Source of the DNA: Anthoceros angustus
Lineage: Eukaryota; Plantae; Anthocerotophyta
Assembly (NCBI GenBank): GCA_010909165.1
Contig: VJWM01000044.1
Location: forward strand, 2,170,001 to 2,234,000
Direction of reading: 5' to 3'
Length of the DNA stretch: 64,000 bases
The notes under the pieces are model-generated. The model was not told the origin of the DNA and did no database searches. It saw only the letters and a list, made by a program, of their open reading frames with translations. The position numbers and the translations under genes were made by a program. This document shows, in pieces, positions 37,801 to 51,504 of the stretch. Each line of letters opens with the position of its first letter. Position 1 is the first letter of the stretch.

Positions 37801-40800
37801 ACGACTTCTCGGGGACAATCCAGCGACCGCCGTCAGTGGGGCATTGAAGGCGGCACAACCCAAGAAGAGACGAACCTTTCCACCCCAAGGCCCTTGCTGT
37901 GAATATGGTGGCCATGATGGACGGTCTGTGAGCTCTGAGATAGAAATTGCGGGATGTGTAATCAAGAAGGTGCCGCTAGATTAGTCGAGTCAACATCATG
38001 ACAGAGGAGGCCTAAGCTTGGGTTGCGAGATAGAACATACATCAAAGGTGTTGCGGCGGACATGTCCAAAATGGCGCGAGGGGAGGAGTCCTAACCCATA
38101 TTGGTACCATTCCGCACTCATGGACTACGTGGTCATTAAACAAAAAGCGCCAGGTATGAGGTTCTCATTGGTTGGATGTATGGGGCACGTTGCACCTTCA
38201 AATGGGCGAGAAAGGAAGTGGGATTCAAACCTCTGGGACCCCAAAATTAAGGAGGAAGGATATGTTTGACTTGGAGCAGATACGACGCAGGGAGACACCC
38301 ACAAACGGAGGGATACACCTCAAGATACCTGGGGAGGATGAGAAGGAGAAATTCCCATTCGCACATATTTCGTGGTCGATGAAGAGGACGATTGGAGAGA
38401 TATTCCCATTCCATCAACCTATTAGGGTGCTATGGAGTCACAATTGACAACCCGGTGGTCGGGAGGAGGAGACCAGGACGGAGGTCGAGGAACAGAAGTA
38501 GAGGTGGTCGAGCCGGGAGCGACGATCCGACAAACTTCGAGGGTGCGAGGAGGGTGTCTCACGCTTTACCTCGACGACCTATTCCGGAATGGGGAATGCG
38601 CAAGGAGAACCAAGACAGAGAGGAAGGGTTCGCATCACATCCGCCGGTGGAAAGAGAGGGCATGATGAGGTCAAGGACGTGGAAGTGTCAAGGTCCTTAA
38701 GTTTTCGAATGATGAATGCAGACTTGGAAAGGGTATGAAACAAATGAATTTATCCATGTTTTGCTTTTGACGTTACGTATGAAGGGTATACCGAGGAGTG
38801 GGGAGCACAAGATTGATCTCGAGCCGGTGCCGTCACCGGATACCGCAATACAAGCTAAATCCAAAGTATTCATCAAGGTAACAGGAGTTTCTACTTATGT
38901 GCATCATATATATCCTATTGTGACATCGGAGTGGGTAGCCCCAATTGTGGTGGTTCCCAAAAAGCGTAAGGGAAGATACGGTCAGATTGGAGGAAGTTAA
39001 ACAAGGTGACCAAAAAGACCATTACCCGCTTCCATTCATAGACAACATAATCGGACTTAGTTGCGGGAGAATGGTCTACCTGCTCCTCGGATGGGTATTC
39101 GGTATAATACATCTCGTGGAGAGTGATTGGCCACCAATGCCTTCACTACAGATCGGGAACCTATGCCTACAAACGGAGCGCTCGGATTAACAGGGCACCG
39201 TGATCCTTCATGCGATTGTCAAGATTTTCAAGGAATACCTTAGGGACTTCATGGAGGTCTTCCGGATGACTTCGTTTGAGCAAAAAAGATCACCTCAACC
39301 ACCTTCGCAAATGTCCGAACGGTGTCAATGACCCAATTGTGTCTACATCCCGAGAAATGTTATTTCGGCATGCCGAGGGTATTTTGTTGGGGCACCGATT
39401 GCGGGGATAGAGGTCGACCCGATAAGGTCAAAATCATTACCGCCTCAAGCCACCTACCACAAAGGAGCTTAGGGATTCCTAATGGTAGGCTATTATCGGG
39501 TTTGTGAAGAATTTTTCCGTAAGGGCAGCTGGCTACGTAATCGCTTCGCAAGGACCAGGAGTGGAATGGACGCAAAACGAGAGGAGGCCTTCAATGATCT
39601 TCGACCACCGATCACAAAGACCCACGCGGGCCGATCGAGCAAGAAGTTCCACGTGTTTGTAGACGGCCTATGCAATCGGTACCATTCTAAGCCAAAGGGA
39701 TGACAAGAAGCACGATTATCCAATCTATTATGCAGGAGGCACCACGACGCAGAAGAAGTATACCACCACCGAGAGGAGGCGCAGGGATGGTGTACTCGGT
39801 TCGCAAGTTTTCGCCACTATTTGCTATCCCACGAGTTCGCTTCCATGTGGACCACTTCGCCTCAAACACCGTAAACAAACCGACTTGTCCGGACGCATAG
39901 CAAGATGGATCCTACTCCCGCAAGAATTCACGCTCACGGTGGAGACCAGAGGAGGGAGTAAACATGTGAATGCATTACATTTCGAGGTCGAGACAGAGGA
40001 GGTTACACAGACCAAAACGACGATTTTCCCGAAGCTGCTCATGGCGAGTTAGAGGGGGCACGGCCAACCATAAGGCGAGGGTAAATGGTGGCTCGGCAGA
40101 AATGAGAAGGGAGAACGGATACACAAGGCCCACCCACGAGGAGATGATGGAATTCGGAACGGGAAAATACCATCGGATCTTTCAAACCCCAAAAGCGCTA
40201 GGCACTATTCACTTGTACGACAAAGACAATCTGTAAATCGGACCGGATGGGCGGACAGTTATGGGTAACAAGGAGCAGTTATCCGAGTGCCGACGAGATG
40301 CACGAGGGGAAGCGGAGGACATTTTGCCGACATATCACGTGCAAGAAGGTGCTTGAAACGGGTATCGGTGGCAAACCATGCATCGTGATGCTAGGAGTTT
40401 GTTAAACGCGATGCCTGCCGAGGGTTGGGAAACCGTCAAAACCACTCAATGGCCAATGGTTCCGATATTGGCCCCGCGCCATTCGAGAAATGGGGAATAG
40501 ACTTTGTTGGTCCCATACCCAAAAACGAGGACGCGACAAAACCAATACATCCTCGTGGCTGCACTATTGCACGCGATGGTGGAAGCCCAAGCACCTGTAG
40601 ACACATGTAGTGGCTGTTCCTCTATGAACATTATCACTGATATGGCTGCCTTGAGCTTGTCGATGAGGGTCACATTTCCAACGGTTATATCTCATATGAC
40701 GATCTACTTCAACGTCGCCACAGAAAACGACTTATAATCCCAAGGCAAATGGCTTAACTAAAAGGCGAATGGGCTCTTGTGCGTGATCCTCAACAAGCTA

Positions 40801-41280
40801 ACGGTGGAATACGACGATCGGATCTTAAGCTTCACTCCGCCCGGGCATACAGGATCGCAGAGAAAATAACAACGCAACAAACACCGTACTACCTCACCTA
40901 CGGCCATTCTCCAGAATGCCTATTGAGTTTGAAATTCCCACCGCGATCGTGAAACTAACCGCATGGCGAGAGGAAAGTCACCGAAGGGTCACTTCGCTAA
41001 ACATACAGAGGATAGGGCGTTGAGCGTCATGCGTGATATTCAAAGTAAACGGAAAATATGGCATGACAATCGGTTGCGGAAGCAAGAGTGGGTAGTTCCG
41101 TGACTTGGCCTCATTGCACGACAATAGGTATATGCACTTTCCGTGGAAGCTCCATCTTCGTGGATGGGGCCATACAAAGTTCTCAAGTCTTCAAAGAATG
41201 GCTCATAACCGCAAGAGTTAGCAGGACCTCCACCACCCGAGTCAATGGGTGGAGGGTCAAGAAGTATTATATATAAGTTG
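31900..41280 (+). pseudogene. Frameshifted gag-pol; the gag-end/protease segment is present three times
   Basis: The protease LD(S)G..VNIM region recurs at ~34213, ~35956 and ~37976. RT (SEWVAPIVVVPKK; KDHYPLPFID) at ~38930-39500, RNase H at ~39600-39950, integrase (APFEKWGIDFVGP) at ~40480, and GPY/F (WMGPYKV) with RVNGWRVKKYY at ~41160-41275. No chromodomain. Confidence 0.85.
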
Positions 41281-41310
41281 GCGAGGACGCCAACAAATGA
41301 GAAGGGAGTA

Positions 41311-44300
41311 TGTAAACGATCTAGTCTCGAAACCCCAAAATGTGCCCCAAGTGAATTTTTTGTTTTTTTTGCCGAGAGTGGTGAAAATAAGTCGATTGAC
41401 AGTTGGGGATATTCATAGTAAAAATGTCCTTGGCCTATGGAGTTCTTTTTGTTTTATTGCCTAGGTTAGATAATAAATGGTCCGGAATTTGGTGTTCCTT
41501 GGCCCATGGACTTAATATCCACTACAAGGTCTATATATGCGGGATAGGGGTGGTTAATAATTTTATAAGTTAGGGGTCGACCCACGCCAGAGCCGAATGA
41601 GTATTGTGGATGGGGCCATACAAAGTTCTCAAGTCTTCAAGAATGGCTCAAGACAACGCAAGAGTTAGCAGGACCTCCACCACCAAGTCAATGGGTGGAG
41701 GGTCAAGAAGTATTATATAAGTTGGCGAGGACGCCAACAAATGAGAAGGGGAGTATGTAAACGATCTAGTCTCGGAAACCCCTGTTAAAATGTGCCCTGA
41801 AGTGAATTTTTTTGTTTTTTTGCTGAGAGTGGTGTGAAAATAAGTCAGATTGACGGTAGTTGGGGATATTCATAGTAAAAATGTCCTTGGCCTATGGAGT
41901 TCTTTTTGTTTTATTGCCTAGGTTAGATAATAAATGGTCCGGAAACTCGGTGTTCCTTGGCCCATGGACCTCAGATATCCACTACAAGGTCTATATATGC
42001 GGGGTAGGGGGGTGGTTATTTGGGGTTAGTCTAAGTTAGGGGTCGACCACCGCGGTAGCCGAATGAGTATGGGGTTGTGGATTGGGGAGCGGTCGAGACA
42101 ACAGAGTAGGAACCAAACTTAACCCTAAGGAAATGGTGACGAGCTGCTCAAACGGCGGAGCGCAACGGCCGGAGCGGAGCGAGGGAGTGGAGCGCAACGG
42201 CCGGAGCGTGAGGTCGAGGAGCCGTGATTCGAGAGGCACCGCGATCGCGGAGAGCGAGAGGCGCGATCGGGTGGAGGAGCTCAACCTCACCGCGAAGTCG
42301 CAACGCCGGAAGGAAGGCGCGGCGGCGCGCTTGCCGAGGAGGTAGGAACCTCGAGACCGACCTTGTGAAATTCGCAGGTGGCCCCGAGGCGCGAGACCGG
42401 GGACTGTGAAGGATGGCGCCCAAAGGTCACACCGAGATTGGCTGCCCAATGGCCAAACATGGATCATTGGAAAGTCCGAGCCGGGGGTGAAGGAGCTCGG
42501 CCGTTTCATGGAAGAAGCGGAATTACACGACCGGATCAGGAGAGCGCCACCCAAAAGACAAGCAACCGCGGGAATTAGAGCAAAACCTCAGGATTGGGAC
42601 CGCATTAGGAAGTGTATGGGCGCAGAAGGAGGAGGCGGGTTTGGTGATGGAACCTTCCAAAAGGAGCACAAAGAAGAAGCACCGCCCGTGAAGGCGGGCG
42701 AATCCGGAACCCAATGGTTGGTCGACGAGAATTGGCAACAGCAGCTTAATGGTCCGCCAGATGGCTTCTCCGCTTTCAAGACAAGAAGGGATTATTTGTC
42801 CGACCACTTGCGTTGTTCCTCCATGAAGTTGTCAAGGGGCGAAGATCGATGGGACGAATCCTCTTGAGAAGTTGAGTGAAGAAAGGTTGAACTGATTTCT
42901 CCTACCCCTCGGCCCTCTCTAATTTCACCATTCCTAGTTCATCTTTATGTTTATGCTAATTGCCCGCCAGAGGTAGGAGATTGTAGCCTCCTTCATGGAA
43001 GCGGAGGAGGAGGAAGTGGTGAAGGCGGAGGAAATTGAGGAGGAATCGACACCGGGAGTCCATGGCGACAGGCCCGAGGAAGAGAAGGAAATTCTACCAA
43101 AGAAGAAGAGGAAGACCGGAAAGGCGACGTCCCAAATAAAAAGTGAAGGTGGACGCGCCACCAGTGTCAAGCGGTGCGCCACAGAAAAAGCAAAGAAAAT
43201 GAAAGCCAAACGGCAGTCGAGGTGGCGGAGGAAGAGGCGCGATCGTGGTGGAGGGCCGCCAACCTCACGAAGTCGCAACCCGCTGTGGAAGGAAGGCGCG
43301 CGGCGCTGCTGCGGAGGAGGTAGGAACTCGAGTCGAGTGAAATTCGCGGCGAGGTGGCACGCCGAGGCGCGAGACCGGGGACTATCATGGAAGGATGGCG
43401 CCCAAAGCCATACCGATTGCGCTTGCCCAATGGCCAAACATGGACCATTGGAAAGTCCGAGCCGTGAAGGAGCTCGCCGGGTTCATGGAGAAGGTGGAAT
43501 TACACGAATCGACTGTGGTGGAGTGCGCCACCTAAAAGACAAGCAACCGCGAGGGAATTAGAGCAAAACCTCAGGATTGGGACCGCATTGGTTAGGAAGT
43601 GTATGGGCGCAGCAAGGAGGAGGCGGGTTTGGTGATGGAACCTTCCAAAAGGAGCACAAGAAAAAGCCGCCCGTGAAGGCGGCGAAAACCCCGGTTGGTC
43701 GACGAGAATTGGCAACAGCAATGGTCCGCCAGATGGCTTCTCCGCTTCCTACAAGACAAGAAGTGGATTATTTGTCCGACCACTTGCCGTTGTTCCTCCA
43801 TGAAGTTGTCAAGGGGCGAAATCGATGGGACAATCTTCGAGAAGTTGAGTGAAGAAAGGTTGAACTGATTTCTCCTACCCCTCGGCCCTCTAATTTCACC
43901 ATTCCTAGTTCATCTTTATGCGCATGCTAATTGCCCGCCAGAGGTAGGAGATTGTGGCCTCCTTCATATGTGGAAGCCGGGGAGGTAAAGTGGAAGCGGA
44001 GGAGCCCAAGGAGGAAATTGAGGAGGAATCGACAGGGAGTCCATGGCTGTGCGCTGAGGAAGAGAAGGAAATTTCTACCAAGAAGAGGAAGAGGCGAGGT
44101 CCCGGTGAAAAGGTACTGAAAAGTCAAGGCGGTGCCACTGAAAAAGCAAAGAAAATGAAAGCCAAACGGCATCGAGGTGGCGGAGGAAGAGGCGCGTCCG
44201 AGGAAGAAAATTTTGCCGACCGATGGATGATGATGAGCCACCCGGAGGAATTAGGTCGACCTCGGATATCCACTACAAGGTCTATATATGCGGGGATATT

Positions 44301-47300
44301 TGGGGTTTGTCTAGTCGACCCAACGCGGTAGTCGAATGAGTATGGGGTTGTGGATTGGGATGGGCGGCGGTCGTGAAGACAACAGAGTAGGAGCCAAACT
44401 TAACCCTAAGGAAATGGGGTGACCAGAGCGCTCAAACCGGAGCGCAACGGCCGGAGCGAGCTGAGGAGTGGAGCGAACGGCCGGAGCGTGAGGTCGAGGA
44501 GCCGTGATCGAGGCGGACCGTGATCGGAGAGCGAGAGGCGCGATCGTGGTGGAGGGCCTCGAACCCTCACCGGTGAAGTCGCAACCGCGGAGGAAGGAAG
44601 GCGCGCGCGCTTGCCGAGGAGGTAGGAACCGAGACCGACCTTGTGAAATTCAGCGAGGTGGCACCTGAGGCGCGAGACCGGGGACTATGGAAGGATGGCG
44701 CCCAAAGGTCACCGAGATTGCGCTTGCCCAATGGCCAAACATGGATCATTGGAAAGTCCGAGCTGGGGCCCGTGAAGGAGTCGCCGTTTCATGGAAGAAG
44801 CGTGGAATTACATGAACCCGGGATCGGTGCAGAGTGCGCCACCCAAAAGACAAGCAACCGGGCGAGGGAATTAGAGCAAAACCTCAGGATTGGGACCGCA
44901 TTGGTTAGGAAGTGTATGGGCAAGGAGGAGGAGGTTTGGTGATGGAACCTTCTCGAAAAGGAGCAAGAAGAAGCACGCCCGTGAAGGCGGGCGAATCCGG
45001 AACCCAATGGTTCGACGCGAGATTGGCAACAAGACAGCTTAATGGTCCGCCAGATGGCTTCTCCGCAGCACAAGAAGGTGGATTATTTGTCCGACCACTT
45101 GCTGTTCCTCCATGAAGTTGTCAAGGGGCGAAATCGATGGGACGAATCCTCTTGAGAAGTTGAGTGAAGAAAGGTTGAATCGATTTCCTACCCCTCGCCC
45201 TCTCTAATTTCACCATTCCTAGTTCATCTTTATGCGCATGCTAATTGCCCGCCAGAGGTAGGAGATTGTGGCCTCCTTCATATGTGGAAGCCGTAGGAGG
45301 TAAAGTGGAAGCGGAGGAGCCCAAGGAGGAAATTGAGGAGGAATCTACCGGGAGTCCATGCAGCCCGAGGAAGAGAAGGAAATTCTACCAAGAAGAAGAG
45401 GAAGACCGAGACGGGTCCCACAAAAAAGGTGAAGGCGGACGCCACTGTGTCAAGTGCCGCCACAGAAAAGCAAAGAAAATGAAAGCCAAACGCAGATCGA
45501 GGTGGCGGAGGAAGAGGCGCGGTCCGAGGAAGAAAATTTTACGACCGGATGCGATGATGAGCCACCTGTGAGGAATTAGGTCGACCTCGTGGAGCGGACC
45601 CTCCTCAAAGATGGGAAGAGATTTTCAAGGGACTCCACCGGCAACAGAGGTGGACGCAGCAATTGGTGTGAGGGTGCGCACTTTGTTGGGAAGGAAGGTG
45701 CTCGACAGAGGATGGCGCCCGCACGGGCCGCCGCAACAAGTGGAATTACGTGAGCCGACGACATCGATGATCCGGCCCAAGCGATTTGTTGGACCAAGCG
45801 GCCTTGGCTCACATGGCTCGGTGCAAGGGGCGCGGGAGGAAGTGGTGAAGGCCAGTTTGACGAAGGAGAAGCGCAAGCAATCGGAGGAAGACAAGCGGCC
45901 TTAGAGGAGATAAGGATCAAGCTTCTGAGGATTTGTGCAGGCCTGTGAGAAGTGCCATGACGAGTCACAGGAAGCGCCATGGCTCAAATCAAGGATGCCC
46001 ACGAGTCAAACCAGAGATGCAGAGAGTTGTTGCGAGCCCAGAGCGTGAGGCGGCCTCGTGGAGAAGGTCCATAAGCTGGAACGGTATAAACGGAACGGAT
46101 GAGGCACGTGGCAAACAAAAGAGAAGGGAAGCGAGGTGGCGGTGACCACCGGGTAGTGGAAGGCACTAAGGAAGGACACAGCCAAGGAGGAAATTGAGGA
46201 GGAATCGACAGGGAGTCCATGGCTGTGCGCTGAGGAAGAGAAGGAAATTTCTACCAAGAAGAGGAAGAGGCGAGGTCCCGGTGAAAAGGTACTGAAAAGT
46301 CAAGGCGGTGCCACTGAAAAAGCAAAGAAAATGAAAGCCAAACGGCATCGAGGTGGCGGAGGAAGAGGCGCGTCCGAGGAAGAAAATTTTGCCGACTGGA
46401 TGATGATGAGCCACCAGAGGAATTAGGTCGACCTCGTGAGCGGACCCTCCTCAAAGATGGGAAGAGATTTTCAAGGGACTCCACCGGCAATGAGGTGGAC
46501 GAAATTAATTGGTGAGGGTGCGCACTTTGTTGGGAAGGAAGGTGCTCGACAGGGATGGCGTGCACGGGCCGCAATGTGTGGAATTGGTGAGCCGACGACA
46601 TCGATGATCCGGGCCCAAGCGGATTTGTTGGACCAAGCGGCCTTGGCTCTCACATGGCTCGGTGCAAGGGGCGCGGGAGGAAGTGGTGAAGGCCAGTTTG
46701 ACGAAGGAGAAGCCCAGCAAGCAATCGGAGGAAGACAAGGGCCTTAGAGGAGATAAGATCAAGCTTCAGGAGGATTTGTGCAGGCCTGTGAGAAGCCGCA
46801 GCCATGACGAGTCGCAGGAAGCGCCATGGCTCAAATCAAGGATGCCCACGAGTCAAACCAGAGATGCAGGAGAGTATTGCAGCCCAGAGCGTGAGGCGGC
46901 CTGGAGAAGGTCCATAAGCGGAACGTATAAACGGAACGGATGAGGCACGTACGAACCAAAAGAGAAGGGAAGCGAGGTGGCGGGACTACGGCCGGGTAGT
47001 GGAAGGCACCATCGAGGGAAGGACACAGCCAAGGTAGTCAAACACCTACCACGGCTGGACCAACGACGGTGGAGAAGGTCCATAAGCTGGCGGAGCAGGT
47101 ATAAACGGATGAGGCACGTGGCCGAACCGAGAAAGAGAAGGGAAGGCGGTGGCGGGACTACGGCCGGGTAGTGGAAGGCACTCGAGGGAAGGACACAGCC
47201 AAGGTGGCGAAACACCTACCACAGCCGGACCAACGACGGTCGTGGAGACCATCACCGCGGGTAGTGGGAACGGACGGGCGAAGGTGAACGAGGAGACACC

Positions 47301-48960
47301 CCATGAGGACATGGACCATGGATGAGGAAACTGTGTGTGTAGTCTACGGGAGGAGGGGGAGGGATCAGGTCCTACCTACTGCAAGTGAGGACCCGAAGTG
47401 CATACTTCTACCATTGCGCCAGAATGTGGGGATTGGCCCCCTATTATGCGGAGGCGACCTTGGAGGAGTTGAGTGAAGAGGAGGTCCAGGCTTGGGTGGA
47501 TGAGGAACCGGTGGTAATCCTCAGCAATAGGCGGCCAGCGGAAGAGGCGGAAGTTCCGGTGGTATGCCCTCAATTAGGACGCCCAGGATGAAGTGAGGTG
47601 GAAGTCCCGGTGGGAAAACCCGTCGGGCCAAGGCAAGGTGAGGGCCTGTGGCGGCGATGGAGGACGGCCAAAGGACGAGGGAGGGCGCGGATAAGGAGGC
47701 AATAGGTGGTAGCATCCTAGGAAGGAAAATGCCCCAATCGGACCTAGATCGCTTAGAATTGTGGGGTGCGTCCTTGGTTTTAGGATCTAGAAACTGGGGA
47801 AAACGGGGCGGCCGATGTATAAGAGGGGCAACTTTTGCCCACCACAACAGATAACTCGGTTGAGATCCCCACGCTGCGTGGATGGTTGGAGACGTCCGAT
47901 TGACAGAGGTGGTGTGCGCGAGACGCCCTAGGGGTCGAGAGCTTGCTCGCAACGGGAGGAGGTGATGGAGCAATCTTCGACAAAGGAGGAAACCAAGGGA
48001 TCGCGGGTCCGGAGCTTGCTCAACGCCACGCGACGGGTTCTTCTTCCTCCTTCACCTTCCCGCAGTTGTGTTCAAATCGAGAGAGAAGTGTGTTGAGTGG
48101 TAGCTCAGAATTGAGGAGAGAGAGAGAGAAGAGATCGGGTGAAGGAGAGATCAAATCAGACGATGCGAGGTGTGAGATCGTAAGTGGGAAGAGTAAGGTG
48201 AGCGAATTGGAGCGTTAGTGAGAAGTGTGAATTGAGGAACTCAAACCGGTCTTTGGCGGTGGAAAGTGCACAAGGAAAACAAAGTCTCTAGTAGAAACCG
48301 TGTGGGGTGGCGCCTGTGTGTGTGTGTGTGTGTGTGTGGAAAGGTATCCTAGGACCTTTGGTCTCTAGGAATTGGTGGGTGCAGGTGTGGAGTGCCAAAT
48401 AAAGTCCGACCGCGTAAGGTGAGCGAATTGAGCGTTAGAAAGGGTGAGAACGTGAATTGAGGAACTCAAACCGGTGCAAGGAAAGTGCACAAGGAAAACA
48501 AAGTCTCTAGTAGAAACCGTGTGGGGTGGTGCCCTGTGTGTGTGTGTAAGAAGTGTTGCAAACCTAGGACCTTTGGACTCTAGGAATTGGTGGCATGAAG
48601 TGTGGAGTGCCAAATAAAGTCCGACCGTGAGCACCGGTGGCTGCTGCTAGGGGTCCGCGCCGTAGATGTGCTAGGGTTTGGTGTGGGACCCACCTCGGTA
48701 GTCGTAGCAACCACGGCCAGGAATGAGATGGGGTCGGAAATGGGATTTGCGGTCGTTGGACAAGTCGGAAGGTAGTAGTAGTTGAGTAGATAGGTAAGAG
48801 GAGTGATAGCGGTGAGCCCCGACTTAGGCAAAGGTCGAGTGATAGAAGTTAGCGCCTCTTGGCACAAACCATTCCCTTGGGAGCGAATCCTAGGCCTACA
48901 ACGACATTGAGGGTGAATGTGGACCTCACGGTGTCCCTAGACACAAGGTTACACTCCACA
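41311..48960 (+). repeat. 3' LTR region, expanded to ~7.6 kb by partial re-duplications
   Basis: LTR starts occur at 41311 and 41756, each after a PPT. Internal LTR blocks recur at 42.0-43.2, 43.2-44.2, 44.3-46.1 and 46.2-47.2 kb before the true end at 48960. Confidence 0.8.
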
Positions 48961-51504
48961 TGCTCCCAGCCCCTTCTTGACCTTGGTGCGACTTGTGTGC
49001 ACACTTGGGCCTTCTTGGTGCGCGACAAGTGCGCGCACCGCATCTCTGATCCTCGGGTGCGCGACAAGTGCGCCCACCCGGCATTCTGTCGGTGACTGTG
49101 CGCACTGGGCCCCCTCAGCCTCAGGCACAAGGCGACCCAGCCCTCCTTGCCGTGTGTACACCTGTGCCCCTGCCCGTGGTGCATGCCGCACCGCATCTCA
49201 GCCTCGGTGCCAGACTGTGCGCCAGACCCGGCCCCTGCCTCGTGTGTACACCCAGCCCCTGCCTGCCGTGGTGCATGCACTTGTGCACGCACCCAGTGCC
49301 CCTGCTCGGTGCATGCACTTGTTCACCCATGGCCCCGGCATGTTTGATGATAACTTGGAACTACGCCATCACGAAGAGACGGAAACACCGTAAAGAATAA
49401 AAAGGGATAGGGTGTTCTTCACGATTAGGGCATGGGATAGGTATATAAGAGTGGTCTAGGTGAACCTCCGCCGATGTCTACTGTTATTTTGTCGAGTTCA
49501 AGACATACTCCGCCAAAAGGACATGCTTCCCATTAGAAGATCATTTTTCGCGTTTTTGCATGCATGCAAGTTTGCACATAAGCGTTGTTTAGGCGCACTT
49601 ATGCGCCTAGGCCCCCTCGTATACAAAACATACAAAACCACACAAATGCGTAAACTATGGACATGACAAAATTATGGAACAATGAGGTCATCGGCCCTTC
49701 ATCACACCGCCTAAATCGCCATGAACTCGAGTATATATGCCAATGTAAATGACTCGACAAAAGGTGGTGCCGGAGTCGAGAATGCCCGAAACCGATGGAT
49801 GAACACCTACAAAAACCAACAAAAACCAAACCAACTTCAGTTTCCGGCGAAATAGGGTTGAGATTTTTCCCAAAATCCCTTTTGACAGGAGAAACCCCTT
49901 TCTAAACAGACGTTGTTTTAAGGTTAGTCAAGCTCCTTGTATGATCTTATATCGATATCATTATGCTTTAAGTTACCTGGCAATCAAATTATCAAAGCTT
50001 GCACAGCTGCATACCACTTGTCCTGCTCATAGATCAAAAGGTTCACTTTGTGTGCTAGTTAGTGCTAACCTAACGAAGGCCAAACAATCATTGTTGTAGA
50101 CTAATGTTACGAACGGAGGCGATGGTGTTCAGCAGTGCAACGAAGCAAAGAACAAAGTGATTAATAATAAGAAATACATATCCTCATAATTACACACATA
50201 GCGAAATTCAATATTATGTTTATTTAGGAGAAAAGATGACGGGACGAGCCCATACATATATATGCTGCAATCGAGTATGACCCATGGCCATGTCACCGGC
50301 CTCCATGCTCCGTGCAAGATTGTTTTTCACGTCTTTGCCCTAAAATTTCTAAGCAATTTAAAATTTTTCTTTCTTAAGGCCTATTAGTACAAGGGGGGCA
50401 AGGGCATAATGAAGAGATCAGGGAGATGGGTGTTTGTGATTTTGGTGCGTTTAGATGGGCGCATATGGGGCTTCTCCTTGGGCTTCTCTTGTGGTCTGGA
50501 TATGCCAGCCAAGGCGTTCAATGTTGTAGAGTTAGCGACAGGCTTTATTCCACCTCGTTAAGCTGCTGCGTAAACAAATTCCCTCGGCGGAATGTCACGA
50601 CAAGCTTTTGGATATCCTCGTCCACTTGGATCCGATATGAGGGTCTTCGTGGATACACCACTTGTACCTTGGAGTCGGTGTTTGTGAGTACCCACACCTC
50701 CCAGCCTTCAATGCACACAAAGGGTCATCCATACATCGGATAGCCTTTCCCCTGGACCGCTTAAAGAGCACCAAACATTAATTATTGACCACCAATTCGA
50801 CCTGCACGTCCTCCTCCACTCCCACATACGTGTCCTTCAATTCTCGTAGAAGAATGCCATTTGGATCGCTCAAGAAATCTAAGCAACTCCGCCTTGTTCT
50901 TGGTCATATTTAGGCTGCACATGCAAGAAAGCCCTCATCTCCGTTCGCTCATTGTTTCCCAAGAGAAACAAAGCCACGTGACATGTGTTGCTAGATCCCT
51001 ACCTTGTAACAAAAGCGTCAGCAAAGGCAACCTTGGGATTGCGCTTCACCATGTTGAACACCTCCTTGTTGGCCTTAACATCCACTTGGCACAAATTCTT
51101 GATATCCTCCGGTAGCATATTCTTCCGAGTCTGGACAGCGACAACACAGGACAACGTGAACAATCCCCATCCTCCTCTTCCTCCTCCTCAACCTTTAATG
51201 GTTTCTCCTTTGTACCCGAGCAATCAAAAGCTTACCTTCATAAGAGTTTCTACCACTCGCTTTGTTTGTGCTTGCACGCACAAGACTGCCATGGCATTTT
51301 GCCGCAAAGACCGCTTTTCCCGAGGCTAGCTAATGTATGGGGTGCCGATTGCTCCCACAGCGATGACACTCCGACAATGATGATCGCATCTTCGGCTAAG
51401 TGCGTAGAGGCGCCACGGGCATTGATGCTCGAGGAGGGCGGTTGCTTCATGGGGCGGTAGAGGGTGCCCGCCACGTGCTCGCTTACTCATAGGATGAGTC
51501 ATCA

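Larger units (their letters stand above)
27875..48960 (+). mobile_element. Ty3/gypsy LTR retrotransposon (non-chromoviral, Athila/Tat-like), with internally repeated segments
   Basis: 5-bp TSD TGCTC at 27870-27874 and 48961-48965. LTRs start [c/t]gtaaacgatctagtctc and end ...actccaca. A PBS follows the 5' LTR, the order is gag-PR-RT-RH-IN, and the PPT gagaagggagta precedes the 3' LTR. Confidence 0.9.
26983..49917. mobile_element. Non-autonomous TIR DNA transposon (~1.85 kb of its own sequence) interrupted by the LTR retrotransposon; 5'-AACA termini, TTAA on both sides
   Basis: 32-bp TIR aacagcgtctgtttagaaaggggtttctcctg (26983-27014) matches 49886-49917 with one mismatch. TTAA at 26979-26982 and 49918-49921. 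Confidence 0.8.

Noticed and set aside
28131-48867. Dozens of 60-250-aa ORFs inside the LTR element as host genes
   Set aside because: They are fragments of frameshifted gag-pol or chance frames in LTR repeats.
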